Below, in pieces: positions 36,940 to 47,478 of a stretch of DNA of 64,000 nt. The translations under genes and the position numbers were made by a program. Within the stretch, counting starts at the first letter, position 1, and the number at the start of each line of letters is the position of its first letter. Under the pieces are notes generated by a model. The model did no database searches. It worked only from the letters and a program-made list of their open reading frames with translations, and had not been told where the DNA came from. This DNA comes from Gallionellaceae bacterium (GTDB taxonomy: Bacteria > Pseudomonadota > Gammaproteobacteria > Burkholderiales > Gallionellaceae). The DNA lies in contig JBCKTZ010000002.1 in the NCBI GenBank assembly GCA_038925245.1, forward strand, positions 11,568-75,567, in the 5' to 3' direction.

Positions 36940-39585
36940 CTACTTTTCCGTAGGTTTTTCTACTGGCACTTGCTGTGTTTCGGCAGTTAGATGATAAACG
37001 GGCACAGGGACTTTAGTGGATTCGTCCTGTTGCGGGCTTGGTTCAACGGCTGCCTCATATGCCACTACTGGTGCTGGTGCTATCTGCTCTAGAGGTGTTT
37101 CGACTGGTGGCTGGTACGTTGCCATAGGTGTAGTGCTTGCCTCAACCTGATTCTGCTGTATTTCAACGGGAGCCTGATACGTTGCTACAGGTACTGTGTT
37201 TGTCTCAAGCTGTTCATGTCTCGTTTCGACAGGTGCCTGATGTGCAATAACTGGCTGCGTAACAACTGGCTCATTATGTGGCTGTGCAGGAGTTATTACA
37301 ACAGCTTCCTTGTGTGTTTCGATCAGTACCAATGGCTCTTTGTTCTCCATGGTATAAATCTCACGCGGACGTGCACGGCGACGTGACTGGTAAGGTGCGC
37401 TGCTGGCTGGTGGTGTGGTGGAGCTTGCCGCAGAAGGCTTGGTCTCGATTTGTACCAATCCTGCGCTCACTTCAGTCGCAACCTGGTCGGCTGCAGCAAC
37501 CACAGCCATATTTTCACCAGTAATCACTACTTGCTCAGTAGGCTGCTGTTCACGACGTTCACGTTCACGCTTGCCACCACGACGGCCGCGCTTGCGTCCC
37601 TCATTGCTACCAGCTGTTTCTACGCCTTCGGCAGCTGCAACTGGCAATACGCTTTCCAGTGCGGGCTTTTCAGTTGCCGGGCGAGGAGGGCGTTGCTGCT
37701 GTTGCTGCTTTTCCTTGCGCGGCTCTTGTGGTTTTGCTTCCTGACGAGCTGGTTTCTCGTTACGCGGTGTTTCTTCCTTGTCGCGGCGCGGCTTATTGCG
37801 CTGGCGATTACCTTGTTGACCAGCTTCAGTACGATTGCCATCGGCGCGATCACGACGTTGCTGGTTGTTGCGTGAGGCAGTGCTTGTCTGTTTTTTCGGC
37901 TCTTCTGCGCCCAGAGATTTAACCCAGGCAAAAAACTTGCTCAGCACTGATGGTGCTTTGATCACAACATGCTTAGGCGCAGGTTGTGTCGGTGTAATTC
38001 CCTGCACCACAGCTTGTGGTCGTTGGGCCTTGACGTTTTGAGCGGTAGACGCGGCGCTTTTTTCTACTGGCTTTTCTACCAGTTTGTAGCTCGATTGCAG
38101 ATGGTCTGCGGTGATATCGTCATGGCGCAAACGGGTAACGCTGTAGTGCGGCGTTTCCATATGCGGATTAGGGATGATGGTGACGTTTACTTTTAAACGA
38201 GACTCGATCAGGTGTATGTCCGAACGCTTTTCATTCAGCAGGAAAGTGGCGACATTCACCGGAACCTGTACATGAATTGAAGCGCTATGGTCTTTCATCG
38301 CCTCTTCCTGGATGATGCGCAGGATGTGCAAGGCGGAGGAATCAGTGCCACGGATATGACCGATGCCATTGCAACGTGGGCAAGGCGAGTAGCTGGTTTC
38401 TTCCAGGCTGGGCTGCAAGCGTTGGCGTGAAAGCTCAAGCAAGCCAAAGCGTGAAATTTTTGCAGTCTGTACGCGAGCACGGTCATAGCGCAGTGAATCG
38501 CGTAAACGGTTTTCCACGTCACGCTGGTTGCGGCTGCTTTCCATGTCGATAAAGTCGATCACGATCAAACCGCCCAGGTCGCGCAAACGAATCTGGCGGG
38601 CGATTTCTTCAGCGGCTTCTAGGTTGGTATTGAACGCCGTGGTTTCGATATCCGAGCCGCGAGTGGAACGCGCAGAGTTAATATCGATTGCGGTAAGCGC
38701 TTCGGTATGGTCAATCACGATCACGCCGCCGGATGGCAGGGTGACTTCGCGGGCATGGGCCGATTCAATTTGATGCTCGATCTGGAAACGCGAGAACAAC
38801 GGCACATCATCCACATAGCGTTTGATGCGGTCGACGTTGTCCGGCATCACCGTGCTCATGAAAGCCAAAGCCTGTTGGTAGATTTCGTCGGTGTCGATCA
38901 GAATTTCGCCGATTTCCGGATGGAAGTAATCGCGAATCGCGCGTACCACCAAGCTGCTTTCCAGATAGATCAGGGAGGGGGCTTTTTCGGTTTTGGAGGC
39001 AGCGTCAATCGCATCCCACAACTGGGTGAGGTAGTTCAAGTCCCATTGCAATTCTTCTAGTGAACGGCCAATACCGGCAGTGCGTGCAATGATACTGGCA
39101 CCTTTGGGTACTTCAAGCTGGGCCAGCACATCGCGCAATTCACTGCGGTCTTCACCCTCAATGCGGCGAGATACGCCACCGCCGCTGGGGTTGTTGGGCA
39201 TCAGTACGATATAACGGCCAGCCAGGCTGATGTAGGTGGTCAGCGCTGCGCCCTTGTTGCCGCGCTCGTCTTTTTCGATCTGTACCAGCAGCTCCTGGCC
39301 TTCGCGCAATGCTTCCTTGATGCTGGGGCGACCGCCGCCACCAGAATTTTGGTAGTAATTCGGGGAAACTTCTTTGAAGGGAAGAAAGCCGTGACGGTTA
39401 CCGCCGTAATCGATGAAAGCGGCCTCAAGGCTGGGTTCGATGCGGGTGATAACGGCTTTGTAGATATTGCTCTTGGTTTGCTGCTTGTGGGCGGACTCAA
39501 TGTCGAGGTCTACTAACTTTTGACCATCGACAATGGCGACACGGAGTTCTTCCGCTTGTGTCGCATTGAATAACATGCGTTTCAT
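36940..39585 (-). CDS. rne: ribonuclease E
   Basis: N-terminal catalytic half ([24 protein letters not shown]..., S1 domain, CPRCNG zinc link) and a long Arg/Pro/Gln-rich scaffold C-terminus. The start is set at 39585. Confidence 0.93.
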   Translation of the reverse strand: MKRMLFNATQAEELRVAIVDGQKLVDLDIESAHKQQTKSNIYKAVITRIEPSLEAAFIDYGGNRHGFLPFKEVSPNYYQNSGGGGRPSIKEALREGQELLVQIEKDERGNKGAALTTYISLAGRYIVLMPNNPSGGGVSRRIEGEDRSELRDVLAQLEVPKGASIIARTAGIGRSLEELQWDLNYLTQLWDAIDAASKTEKAPSLIYLESSLVVRAIRDYFHPEIGEILIDTDEIYQQALAFMSTVMPDNVDRIKRYVDDVPLFSRFQIEHQIESAHAREVTLPSGGVIVIDHTEALTAIDINSARSTRGSDIETTAFNTNLEAAEEIARQIRLRDLGGLIVIDFIDMESSRNQRDVENRLRDSLRYDRARVQTAKISRFGLLELSRQRLQPSLEETSYSPCPRCNGIGHIRGTDSSALHILRIIQEEAMKDHSASIHVQVPVNVATFLLNEKRSDIHLIESRLKVNVTIIPNPHMETPHYSVTRLRHDDITADHLQSSYKLVEKPVEKSAASTAQNVKAQRPQAVVQGITPTQPAPKHVVIKAPSVLSKFFAWVKSLGAEEPKKQTSTASRNNQQRRDRADGNRTEAGQQGNRQRNKPRRDKEETPRNEKPARQEAKPQEPRKEKQQQQQRPPRPATEKPALESVLPVAAAEGVETAGSNEGRKRGRRGGKRERERREQQPTEQVVITGENMAVVAAADQVATEVSAGLVQIETKPSAASSTTPPASSAPYQSRRRARPREIYTMENKEPLVLIETHKEAVVITPAQPHNEPVVTQPVIAHQAPVETRHEQLETNTVPVATYQAPVEIQQNQVEASTTPMATYQPPVETPLEQIAPAPVVAYEAAVEPSPQQDESTKVPVPVYHLTAETQQVPVEKPTEK

Positions 39586-39973
39586 TTTTTGTTCTCTCCC
39601 GCGCTCTGACACGGGGAAAGACAAGGCTACACGCGGCTAACCACGTGTGAGAGTGCTTGTCGTGCTAACAGTGTTGAATTTTAAATACCAACTAATGCGC
39701 AAGGTTTTGTTCTCGATTCTAGCTTGTCTTAAATATTTTCAATGTGCCGCAAATTTTACTTTAACGGCGGCACAGGCAAATCCATTGGTGCTTTGAGCGC
39801 GTAAATCATTTATTATCACTGCTTGTCCCGGTGAGTGACATTAACCGGATGGCGGTTGGAACGGTGCGGCGGCAAATCTGCCTGCTCTAGCTCACTTCCA
39901 TTTTAGGATCACGGGGAATTTTACATCCCGGATCCCTTAATTTCTAACACGCGCGCTACGAAGTATATTCAAA
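39586..39973 (-). promoter_or_regulatory. long rne 5' leader / rne-rluC divergent control region
   Basis: A ~390-nt non-coding gap lies upstream of rne. In E. coli a long structured rne leader mediates autoregulation. That structure was not verified here. Confidence 0.4.
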
Positions 39974-40930
39974 ATGAATGGTTTAAGCAAAGAATCCGTA
40001 ACTTGGACTGAAATCGACGAGGGTAGCTGTGACCAGCGTATCGACAATTTTCTGTGTAAACACCTTAAAGGGGTGCCAAAAAGCCATATTTACCGTATTT
40101 TGCGCAGTGGCGAGATTCGGGTTAATAAAAAACGGGTAGACCAGACTTATCGCCTCAAAATGGGCGATCAGGTGCGTATCCCCCCCGTTCGCGTCGCTGA
40201 AAAGCAGGAGCAGGAATATGTTCCGCCACTGGAATTCCCCATTATTTATGAAGATGATGCGCTAATCGCCATCAATAAACCGTCTGGTGTGGCCGTGCAT
40301 GGCGGCAGCGGGGTAAGCTTCGGGGTAATAGAGCAAATGCGCAGCGCCCGCCCGCAAGCCAAGTTTCTGGAGCTGGTACACCGGCTGGATCGCGAAACAT
40401 CAGGTGTGCTACTGCTGGCAAAAAAACGCTCCGCCCTTGTTGCCATGCATGAAATCATGCGCGAAGGTAATAGCGACAAGCGTTATTACACGCTGGTGCT
40501 GGGACAATGGCGCAATGTGAAGCAACACGTCAAGCTGCCGCTGCACAAATTTGACACCCCGCAAGGCGAAAAGCGCGTGATGGTGCGCGAAGACGGCATG
40601 GCCTCGCACACCATCTTTACCCTGCTGAAAAACTGGTCAGAATCCAGCTTGCCAGCATTCAGTTTATTGGAAGCCCAACTTAAAACCGGGCGCACCCACC
40701 AGATACGCGTACACCTTTCCCATCTTGGCTTCCCCATAGCGGGCGACGACAAATATGGCGACTTCGCACACAACAAGGAGTTGATGAAAAAAGGCCTGAA
40801 GCGCATGTTTCTGCACGCGCATTCAATTTCGTTTGCGCATCCGCTGACAGGCGAGCCGCTAAGCCTGAGTGCGCCATTGCCCAAGGAGCTGCAGTTTTTT
40901 ATTGACAAGCTGGATAGCGTCAATAACTGA
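39974..40930 (+). CDS. rluC: 23S rRNA pseudouridine synthase RluC (RluA family with S4 domain)
   Basis: S4 domain at the N-terminus, the HRLDRETSGVLLLAK catalytic motif, and a position divergent from rne as in E. coli. Confidence 0.88.
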   Translation: MNGLSKESVTWTEIDEGSCDQRIDNFLCKHLKGVPKSHIYRILRSGEIRVNKKRVDQTYRLKMGDQVRIPPVRVAEKQEQEYVPPLEFPIIYEDDALIAINKPSGVAVHGGSGVSFGVIEQMRSARPQAKFLELVHRLDRETSGVLLLAKKRSALVAMHEIMREGNSDKRYYTLVLGQWRNVKQHVKLPLHKFDTPQGEKRVMVREDGMASHTIFTLLKNWSESSLPAFSLLEAQLKTGRTHQIRVHLSHLGFPIAGDDKYGDFAHNKELMKKGLKRMFLHAHSISFAHPLTGEPLSLSAPLPKELQFFIDKLDSVNN

Positions 40931-41196
40931 TTAGCAAAGCGCGGGACAGGCTAGACGAAGTGCTTTATGCCAGTGGCCGGTACTTGGCTTCAGATCACCA
41001 TTTGAGGTATTCTTCGGCAAGGATAGGTGCCACACCGCGTCAGGATGGGCGCTTGCACTTCGAACTTGAATTCGCCAAACAATATTAAGGTTGTATAAAT
41101 GCTCTACTACACAAGCAAAACCTTGCTGTCGACCTTGGTCAGTGCAGCCTGTTGTGTCCTGATGTTGTTCCGGTTCAGGCAATTTACGGTGCGCTC

Positions 41197-42021
41197 ATGA
41201 GCGACGCAGCGACACAACACGCCATCCCGGAAGTAAAGCCGGCCTTGGCGCATATCCATGGCGAACCTATGCTGGAGATGCCCAAGGATTTGTATATTCC
41301 ACCAGATGCGCTTGAGTTGGTATTGGAAACCTTTCAGGGGCCGTTAGATTTGTTGTTGTATCTGATACGCAAGCATAACCTGGATGTGCTGGATATTCCG
41401 ATGGCTCAGCTTACTCGGCAGTATATGGACTACATTGAGCTGATGAGCCAGGGGCGTTTGGAGCTGGCGGCAGAGTATCTGCTGATGGCTGCAGTGTTGA
41501 TCGAGATCAAATCGCGCATGCTGTTGCCGCGCCTGTCCAAAGCCAGAGAAGAAGACGGGGAGGATCCACGCGTTGAGTTGATGCGCCGGCTGCTGGAATA
41601 TGAACAGATGAAGCTTGCTGCACAAAAACTGAACGAACTGCCGCAAGCAGGGCGCGATTTTGAACTGGTTCAGGTGTTGATTGAAAACACGGTGGTCGAG
41701 AGATTGCCCAATATCTGCGTGGATGATTTACGTCTGGCCTGGCTCGGCCTTCTGACCCGCGCCAAGCTGTATACCCATCATAAAGTGCGCCGCGATGGAG
41801 TGTCGGTGCGTGAACAGATGACGCGATTGATCAGACAATTGCGTCATGGCGAGTTTGAAGCATTTGAAAACCTGTTTGACGTAAGCGGCGGCATTCCACA
41901 ACTGGTGGTAACATTTATAGCAATTTTGGAATTGGCCAAGGAAACTTTGGTCGAAATTACCCAAACCGAAACGCTGGGGAAAATCTATGTCAGAACAAGT
42001 AACCGTGTCAACGCAGAGTGA
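41197..42021 (+). CDS. scpA: segregation and condensation protein A
   Basis: FQGPLDLLLYLIRKHNLDVLDIPMAQLTRQY motif. The start is set at ATG 41197. Confidence 0.85.
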   Translation: MSDAATQHAIPEVKPALAHIHGEPMLEMPKDLYIPPDALELVLETFQGPLDLLLYLIRKHNLDVLDIPMAQLTRQYMDYIELMSQGRLELAAEYLLMAAVLIEIKSRMLLPRLSKAREEDGEDPRVELMRRLLEYEQMKLAAQKLNELPQAGRDFELVQVLIENTVVERLPNICVDDLRLAWLGLLTRAKLYTHHKVRRDGVSVREQMTRLIRQLRHGEFEAFENLFDVSGGIPQLVVTFIAILELAKETLVEITQTETLGKIYVRTSNRVNAE

Positions 42022-42631
42022 CATTGTGCAGGGCTATGAATCTGTGACAACTACTGAGCTGGAACCGATGCCAGCTCTTGCGCCGGCATTGCTGAAAAAC
42101 ATTATCGAAGCAGCACTGTTGACTTCGCAAGAGCCGATATCACTGGCTGAATTGAAAAAACTGGCCGAAGTCACGCAGGGCAGCAAGCTGATTGAAGAGC
42201 TGCTTGAACAGTTAGCACAACAATACAGCACTAGCGGTGTTGAGTTGACCCAGGTTGCCAGCGGTTGGCGCTTCCGTGCGCGTCCCGAGATGCAGCAGTA
42301 TCTTAATCGCCTGAATCCGCAAAAACAGCCGCGTTATTCGCGTGCAGTGATGGAAACTCTGGCGATTATCGCCTACCGTCAACCGGTTACTCGCGGCGAT
42401 ATTGAAGAAATACGCGGTGTGACGGTTGCCTCGCCTATTCTTAAAATACTGGAAGCGCGCAACTGGATAGAGGTGATTGGCACTCGCGACGTGCCGGGTA
42501 AACCCGAACTTTTTGCCACTACACAACAGTTGCTTGACGATCTCAATTTGAGGTCTTTACACGAACTGCCTGAACTGGAAGAAATGGGAAGCTTGTTGGA
42601 ACAGGGTACGGCAGAGGGTGCTAACGTTTGA
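41987..42631 (+). CDS. scpB: segregation and condensation protein B
   Basis: IEAALLTSQEPISLAEL...SGWRFR...LSRAVMETLAIIAYRQPVTRGDIEEIRGV. Overlaps the scpA 3' end. Confidence 0.85.
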   Translation: MSEQVTVSTQSDIVQGYESVTTTELEPMPALAPALLKNIIEAALLTSQEPISLAELKKLAEVTQGSKLIEELLEQLAQQYSTSGVELTQVASGWRFRARPEMQQYLNRLNPQKQPRYSRAVMETLAIIAYRQPVTRGDIEEIRGVTVASPILKILEARNWIEVIGTRDVPGKPELFATTQQLLDDLNLRSLHELPELEEMGSLLEQGTAEGANV

Positions 42632-42680
42632 CTCACTTCAGATATGATGGGCCCAGACTGCGCATTAGAACAGAGGCCCC

Positions 42681-42731
42681 TTGTAGGAGCACGCCATGCG
42701 TGCGATTCGCACGCATGGCGTGCTCCTACAA
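42681..42731. repeat. REP-like perfect hairpin (TTGTAGGAGCACGCCATGCGTGCGA / TCGCACGCATGGCGTGCTCCTACAA)
   Basis: Seen directly; essentially a 51-nt perfect palindrome. Confidence 0.7.
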
Positions 42732-42752
42732 ATGCCGCACGGCGGCGTGGGA

Positions 42753-42791
42753 CCCCGCAGGGGTTCTTGTCCTATACGGAGCAGAACGTAG
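42753..42791. repeat. family-E short repeat, copy 2
   Basis: CCCCGCAGGGGTTCTTGTCCTATACGGAGCAGAACGTAG. Confidence 0.6.
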
Positions 42792-42807
42792 TGCAGGATA
42801 ATCACGG

Positions 42808-43581
42808 ATGAAGCATATTACTTCTAAAGATAATCCGTTTTACAAGGAGCTGAGCAAACTCGCCAGCTCAGCACGACAACGAGACAAAGAAGGAAAAACT
42901 CTGCTCGATGGCGCGCATTTGCTGGCAGCCTATCTCGACAGCGGCCATCAACCACTGCACATTATTGTCACCCATGCTGCACAACATGACCCCGAAATAA
43001 AATCCCTGTTACAAACGTTACCGGATGTGCCGTTGACTCTACTCGACGATGGCTTGTTTTCCGGTCTTTCCGAGCTTAAATCAGTGAGCGGGTTGATTGC
43101 GCAGATTGCAGTGCCGCAACCAGATGTACTTGCGCAGGATAGTCATTTTTGTTTGTTACTGGAAAATATCCAGGATCCAGGCAATCTCGGTTCCATGTTG
43201 CGCTCAGCAGCAGCGGCAGGGTGTGATGCGGTATTTATGTCCAAGGGGTGTGCAGATGTCTGGTCTCCAAAAGTGCTGCGTGCGGCGATGGGAGGACATT
43301 TTGTATTGAATTTGCATGAGGATGCAGATTTGCTCAGTGTAGCCAGCAACTTTCCGGGAAAAATATTTGCAGCGGCATTGTCAGGCGGTTCCAGTTTGTA
43401 CGACAGTATGCTGACGGGAAAAATTGCATTTGCTATCGGCAATGAAGGGGCCGGTCTTACTCAACCCTTGCTTGCCAAGGCCGTATCCGTCACTATCCCG
43501 ATGCTGGGAAAAGTCGAGTCTTTAAATGCGGCAGCCGCCGCTGCAATTTGTTTGTTTGAAGCAGTCAGACAGCGTAGTTAA
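42808..43581 (+). CDS. TrmH/SpoU-family RNA 2'-O-methyltransferase
   Basis: SpoU motifs LLLENIQDPGNLGSMLRSAAAAG, AFAIGNEGAGL and IPMLGKVESLNAAAAAAI. Confidence 0.85.
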   Translation: MKHITSKDNPFYKELSKLASSARQRDKEGKTLLDGAHLLAAYLDSGHQPLHIIVTHAAQHDPEIKSLLQTLPDVPLTLLDDGLFSGLSELKSVSGLIAQIAVPQPDVLAQDSHFCLLLENIQDPGNLGSMLRSAAAAGCDAVFMSKGCADVWSPKVLRAAMGGHFVLNLHEDADLLSVASNFPGKIFAAALSGGSSLYDSMLTGKIAFAIGNEGAGLTQPLLAKAVSVTIPMLGKVESLNAAAAAAICLFEAVRQRS

Positions 43582-43618
43582 ATCGCTACTGGTTCCCCCG
43601 ACCCTTGTGGCGCATTTG

Positions 43619-43662
43619 GTAGGGTGCGTCACACGCACCATGGTGCGCACGGCGCACCCTAC
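43619..43662. repeat. REP family GTAGGGTGCG...CGCACCCTAC, copy 1
   Basis: Hairpin seen directly. It is the inverse of the copy at 59718-59761. Confidence 0.7.
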
Positions 43663-43749
43663 ACAATACTTCGCTGCTTGCGTCGGGGTGCTTGATCAAT
43701 AAAAATACAGGGTGATGTAAACACCCGGATGGATTAATCAGGAGGCAAT

Positions 43750-44187
43750 TTGAGCAACCCATACACAGTACATCTTATTACCTGGCACGATGGCGAACCA
43801 TTGCTGCGTGCCATACGCGAAAAAGTATTCATGCAGGAGCAGGGCGTTTCAGCCGAATTGGAGTGGGATGGCAAGGATGACACGTGTCATCATGCACTGG
43901 CGCTCACCGCCAATGGAGAGGCAATAGGCTGTGGACGTATTACTCCAGACGGCCATATTGGAAGGGTCGCGGTGCTTCCTGAATGGCGCATGAAACACAT
44001 AGGTACTGCGATACTGGAATTGCTGGTCGATTATGCCCGCACACAAAGCTACCCACAGGTCGAACTAAATGCCCAGGTACAGGCCATCCAGATTTACAAA
44101 AAATTCGGATTTGAAGCAGAAGGAGATGAGTTTCTGGATGCCAATATTCTGCACCGCAAGATGACCTTGCAACTTAAGAGTAGGTAA
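43750..44187 (+). CDS. GNAT-family N-acetyltransferase
   Basis: The acetyl-CoA binding motif region RVAVLPEWRMKHIGTAIL is typical of GNAT proteins. Confidence 0.8.
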   Translation: MSNPYTVHLITWHDGEPLLRAIREKVFMQEQGVSAELEWDGKDDTCHHALALTANGEAIGCGRITPDGHIGRVAVLPEWRMKHIGTAILELLVDYARTQSYPQVELNAQVQAIQIYKKFGFEAEGDEFLDANILHRKMTLQLKSR

Positions 44188-44189
44188 AA

Positions 44190-45248
44190 TTATTCAGCCG
44201 TTGGAAGAGTATAGGGTAAGGGCAAAAAATTCAACTTTGCGCCCTGGAGAGAACCCAGGTTTACCTTGTTTGATTCCCGGCTGCTGATTTGCATTACCGC
44301 CAATAGATCAAAACCGCCGCCGGGTGAGGCACAGGCATTGATCACCATGCCGCAAGATTGCCCCGCCATTTCCTCGTTGAACACTTCATTTCCTGCAGCA
44401 GGTGCGCTTTCTGCATCCACATGCGCCAAAAACATCCTGCGTTTCTGTTTGCCCAAATAGTGCGTGCGGGCAACAATTTCCTGCCCCGGATAACAACCCT
44501 TTTTAAAGCTGACGCCACCCAACAGATCCAGATTGGTCATTTGCAATACGAACTGCTCCTGCGTTGCAGGGGTAACGATGGGTATCCCTGCACGGATATT
44601 CAGCCAGTCCCAGCAGCCTGACCCTACCACTTTTGCGGAACTTGCCTGAATGTTCCAGATCGAAATTGCCTGTTGCGGGCTTGTATTGATCTGATAGCGA
44701 TGCGCGTCGATGCGTATCACGCTCGTATCGTTGTGCTGCGCTACGGCGCCATCCTGATCTAGCGTAATGTTGAAATACTGCTGGATCAGCTCTGAAGCTT
44801 TGCTTCCTGATATACCCAGACTTATAATTTCATCACTCGCGTCGCTGATTTTGACTTTTGCACGCAACACATACATAGCCAGTTTTTTTTGCATGGCTGC
44901 AGTTAAGCTGCGCGGCAGTAGTAGCATATAATCGGACGCTTGCTGCCAGATTAAAAACGTGGCGAGCATGCGCCCTTTAGGGTTGTTGAAGCTGCTCAAC
45001 TGCGAGGTTTTACTGTTGACCAAGCTGATATCGTTGCTCAACAAGCTTTGCAGAAGTTTCTGTGCTTCTTCGCCTGCGACTCTAATCACTCCAAACTGGC
45101 TAAGATCGCAAAAAATCGTGCCATCACGGGCGGCAAGCAACTCTGCCTGTAAATTGCCAAAGTCTTGAACTATGTGATCTTGTATTTGGGCGCCATCTTG
45201 AAACTGTGCGCCTTGCTGGATTAAAAAATTCTGCCATTCCTGATTCAT
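44190..45248 (-). CDS. ygfZ: folate-binding Fe-S cluster repair / tRNA-modification protein YgfZ
   Basis: Signature KGCYPGQEIVAR and GcvT-like fold length. Confidence 0.85.
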   Translation of the reverse strand: MNQEWQNFLIQQGAQFQDGAQIQDHIVQDFGNLQAELLAARDGTIFCDLSQFGVIRVAGEEAQKLLQSLLSNDISLVNSKTSQLSSFNNPKGRMLATFLIWQQASDYMLLLPRSLTAAMQKKLAMYVLRAKVKISDASDEIISLGISGSKASELIQQYFNITLDQDGAVAQHNDTSVIRIDAHRYQINTSPQQAISIWNIQASSAKVVGSGCWDWLNIRAGIPIVTPATQEQFVLQMTNLDLLGGVSFKKGCYPGQEIVARTHYLGKQKRRMFLAHVDAESAPAAGNEVFNEEMAGQSCGMVINACASPGGGFDLLAVMQISSRESNKVNLGSLQGAKLNFLPLPYTLPTAE

Positions 45249-45342
45249 GATGTCATAACCTTGTGATGTGTCCTGCTATCTTACCGCGAAGAGTCACTTT
45301 ATTATTGTATTTTTATGACGGGTTTCAGATAAAATCACAGTC

Positions 45343-47478
45343 ATGAAATGGTTGCCAAGTATTTTCTTATTGCTTTTAACTGCCTGCGATGGCGCCTTGT
45401 GGAATAACCCCTATTCCTCCACTGAAAAGGGGGAGTCGGTTTTTTACACGGTATTCACCGAGCGTCCCAAGCACCTTGATCCGGCGCAGGCCTATAGCGA
45501 AAATGAATATAAATTTCTGGCGCAAATTTATCAGCCGCCGCTGCAATATCATTATCTTAAACGCCCTTATACCCTGGTGACTCAGGCGGCCAGTGAAATG
45601 CCAAAAGTTCGCTATCTGGACAAGAATAACCGTCCGCTGCCTGACGCAGCAAGCGATGAGCAGGTTGCATATAGCGTCTACGAAATACATCTCAGGCCCG
45701 ATCTAAAATACCAGCCGCATCCTGCTTTTGCCAGAGATGCTCAGGGCAAGCTCGAATATCACGGCTTGAGCCGCCATGATTTGAGTAAACGTTATTCTCT
45801 GGCTGATTTTCCACATGGTGGCACACGCGAGGTGACAGCGGCCGATTATGTTTATCAGATCAAGCGGCTGGTACACCCGTCTATTCATACGCCGATAAGC
45901 GGATTGATGAGTGAATATATCGTGGGCTTGAAAGACTATGCAGCTACATTAAAAAAGGCGCAGCAAGCACAATCCGGACGATTTCTAGATTTGAACGATT
46001 TCCCACTGGAAGGTGTGCAGATAGTGGATGCGCATACCTACCGCATCAAGGTGTATGGAAAATACCCGCAGTTTGCCTATTGGCTGGCCATGCCTTTCTT
46101 TTCGCCGATGCCAGTGGAGGCCGAGCAATTCTATGCCCAGGATGGCATGCAGCAGAATAACCTGACACTGGACTGGTGGCCGGTCGGCAGCGGTCCTTAT
46201 TACCTGTCTGAAAATAATCCCAATCAGCGCATGGTGTTGACGCGCAATCCTAATTTCAGCGGGGAAGTTTATCCGCGTGAAGGAGCACCGGGTGACCAGG
46301 AAACTGGATTGCTTGCGGATGCCGGTAAGCCGCTACCTCTGATTGATAAAGTAGTCTTCACCCTGGAGAAGGAAACCATTCCTTACTGGAATAAATTCTT
46401 GCAAGGCTATTACGATATGGCCGGAATCAGTTCAGATAGTTTTGATCAGGCAGTACAAATGAGTGTGGGCGGCGAAGCCAATGTCACCGAAGAAATGCGC
46501 GCTCAGGGTATCAATCTGTCGACCTCGGTAGCCACCTCCACGCATTACATGGGCTTTAATTTCATGGATGCGACAGTCGGTGGCGATACGGAAGGTGCGC
46601 GCAAACTGCGCCGTGCTATAGCCATTGCCATAGACTATGAGGAGTTTGTTTCTATCTTTGCCAATGGTCGCGGGGTCAGTGCGCAGTCGCCTATTCCTCC
46701 CGGAATTTTCGGCTATCGTGAGGGCGAGGCTGGGTTGAATCGTTACGTGTATGACTGGGTAAACGGTGCGCCCAAGCGCAAATCCATAGAGGTGGCAAAA
46801 CAACTCATGCTTGAGGCCGGTTATCCTAGCGGACTGGATGAAAAAACCGGCCAGCCTTTGGTGATCTATTTGGATACCACCGCAACAGGCATCGGTAGCA
46901 AGTCGCGCCTCGATTGGCTGCGCAAACAACTCGACAAAATCAACATCCAACTGGTACCGCGCACCACCGATTACAACCGCTTTCAAGACAAAATACGCCG
47001 GGGTGATACACAGATGTTTTACTTAGGCTGGAACGCGGATTACCCAGATCCGGAAAACTTCCTGTTTCTGTTGCATGGCCCGCAAGGCAAGGTAGCCAAG
47101 GGCGGCGAGAATGCGGCCAACTATAGCAATCCCGAATACGACCGGCTGTTCGAGCAGATGAAAAATATGACGAACAGCCCACAACGGCAGGAAATTTTGG
47201 ATCGCATGCTGGAAATTCTGCGGCGTGATTCACCCTGGCTATGGGGTTTTCATCCCAAGGACTTTGTATTGCGTCACAGCTGGCTCTACAACAGCAAGCC
47301 CAATAAGATGGCGAATAACAATTTGAAATATTTGCGCATCGATGCAGTGCAGCGCGATGAATTGCGCAAGCAGTGGAACCAGCCGGTGTGGTGGCCGCTG
47401 TGGCTGGGCGGCTTTGCGCTGGTGGGGTTTGGGTGGTGGTTGTGGCGTGCGTTGAGGCAGCGAGAGGAAGCAAGATGA
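45343..47478 (+). CDS. yejA: ABC transporter substrate-binding protein, family 5 (YejA-like), with lipobox and a C-terminal hydrophobic helix
   Basis: LLLLTAC lipobox and an SBP_bac_5-like body. The gene order SBP-permease-permease-fused ATPase matches yejABEF. The C-terminal WWPLWLGGFALVGFGWWLW segment is hydrophobic. Confidence 0.75.
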   Translation: MKWLPSIFLLLLTACDGALWNNPYSSTEKGESVFYTVFTERPKHLDPAQAYSENEYKFLAQIYQPPLQYHYLKRPYTLVTQAASEMPKVRYLDKNNRPLPDAASDEQVAYSVYEIHLRPDLKYQPHPAFARDAQGKLEYHGLSRHDLSKRYSLADFPHGGTREVTAADYVYQIKRLVHPSIHTPISGLMSEYIVGLKDYAATLKKAQQAQSGRFLDLNDFPLEGVQIVDAHTYRIKVYGKYPQFAYWLAMPFFSPMPVEAEQFYAQDGMQQNNLTLDWWPVGSGPYYLSENNPNQRMVLTRNPNFSGEVYPREGAPGDQETGLLADAGKPLPLIDKVVFTLEKETIPYWNKFLQGYYDMAGISSDSFDQAVQMSVGGEANVTEEMRAQGINLSTSVATSTHYMGFNFMDATVGGDTEGARKLRRAIAIAIDYEEFVSIFANGRGVSAQSPIPPGIFGYREGEAGLNRYVYDWVNGAPKRKSIEVAKQLMLEAGYPSGLDEKTGQPLVIYLDTTATGIGSKSRLDWLRKQLDKINIQLVPRTTDYNRFQDKIRRGDTQMFYLGWNADYPDPENFLFLLHGPQGKVAKGGENAANYSNPEYDRLFEQMKNMTNSPQRQEILDRMLEILRRDSPWLWGFHPKDFVLRHSWLYNSKPNKMANNNLKYLRIDAVQRDELRKQWNQPVWWPLWLGGFALVGFGWWLWRALRQREEAR

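Noticed and set aside
40931-41196. A 266-nt gap between rluC and scpA containing an 83-aa minus-strand ORF.
   Set aside because: The ORF looks non-coding in composition and has no RBS or motif. I could not identify a convincing sRNA structure or terminator, so the gap is left unannotated.
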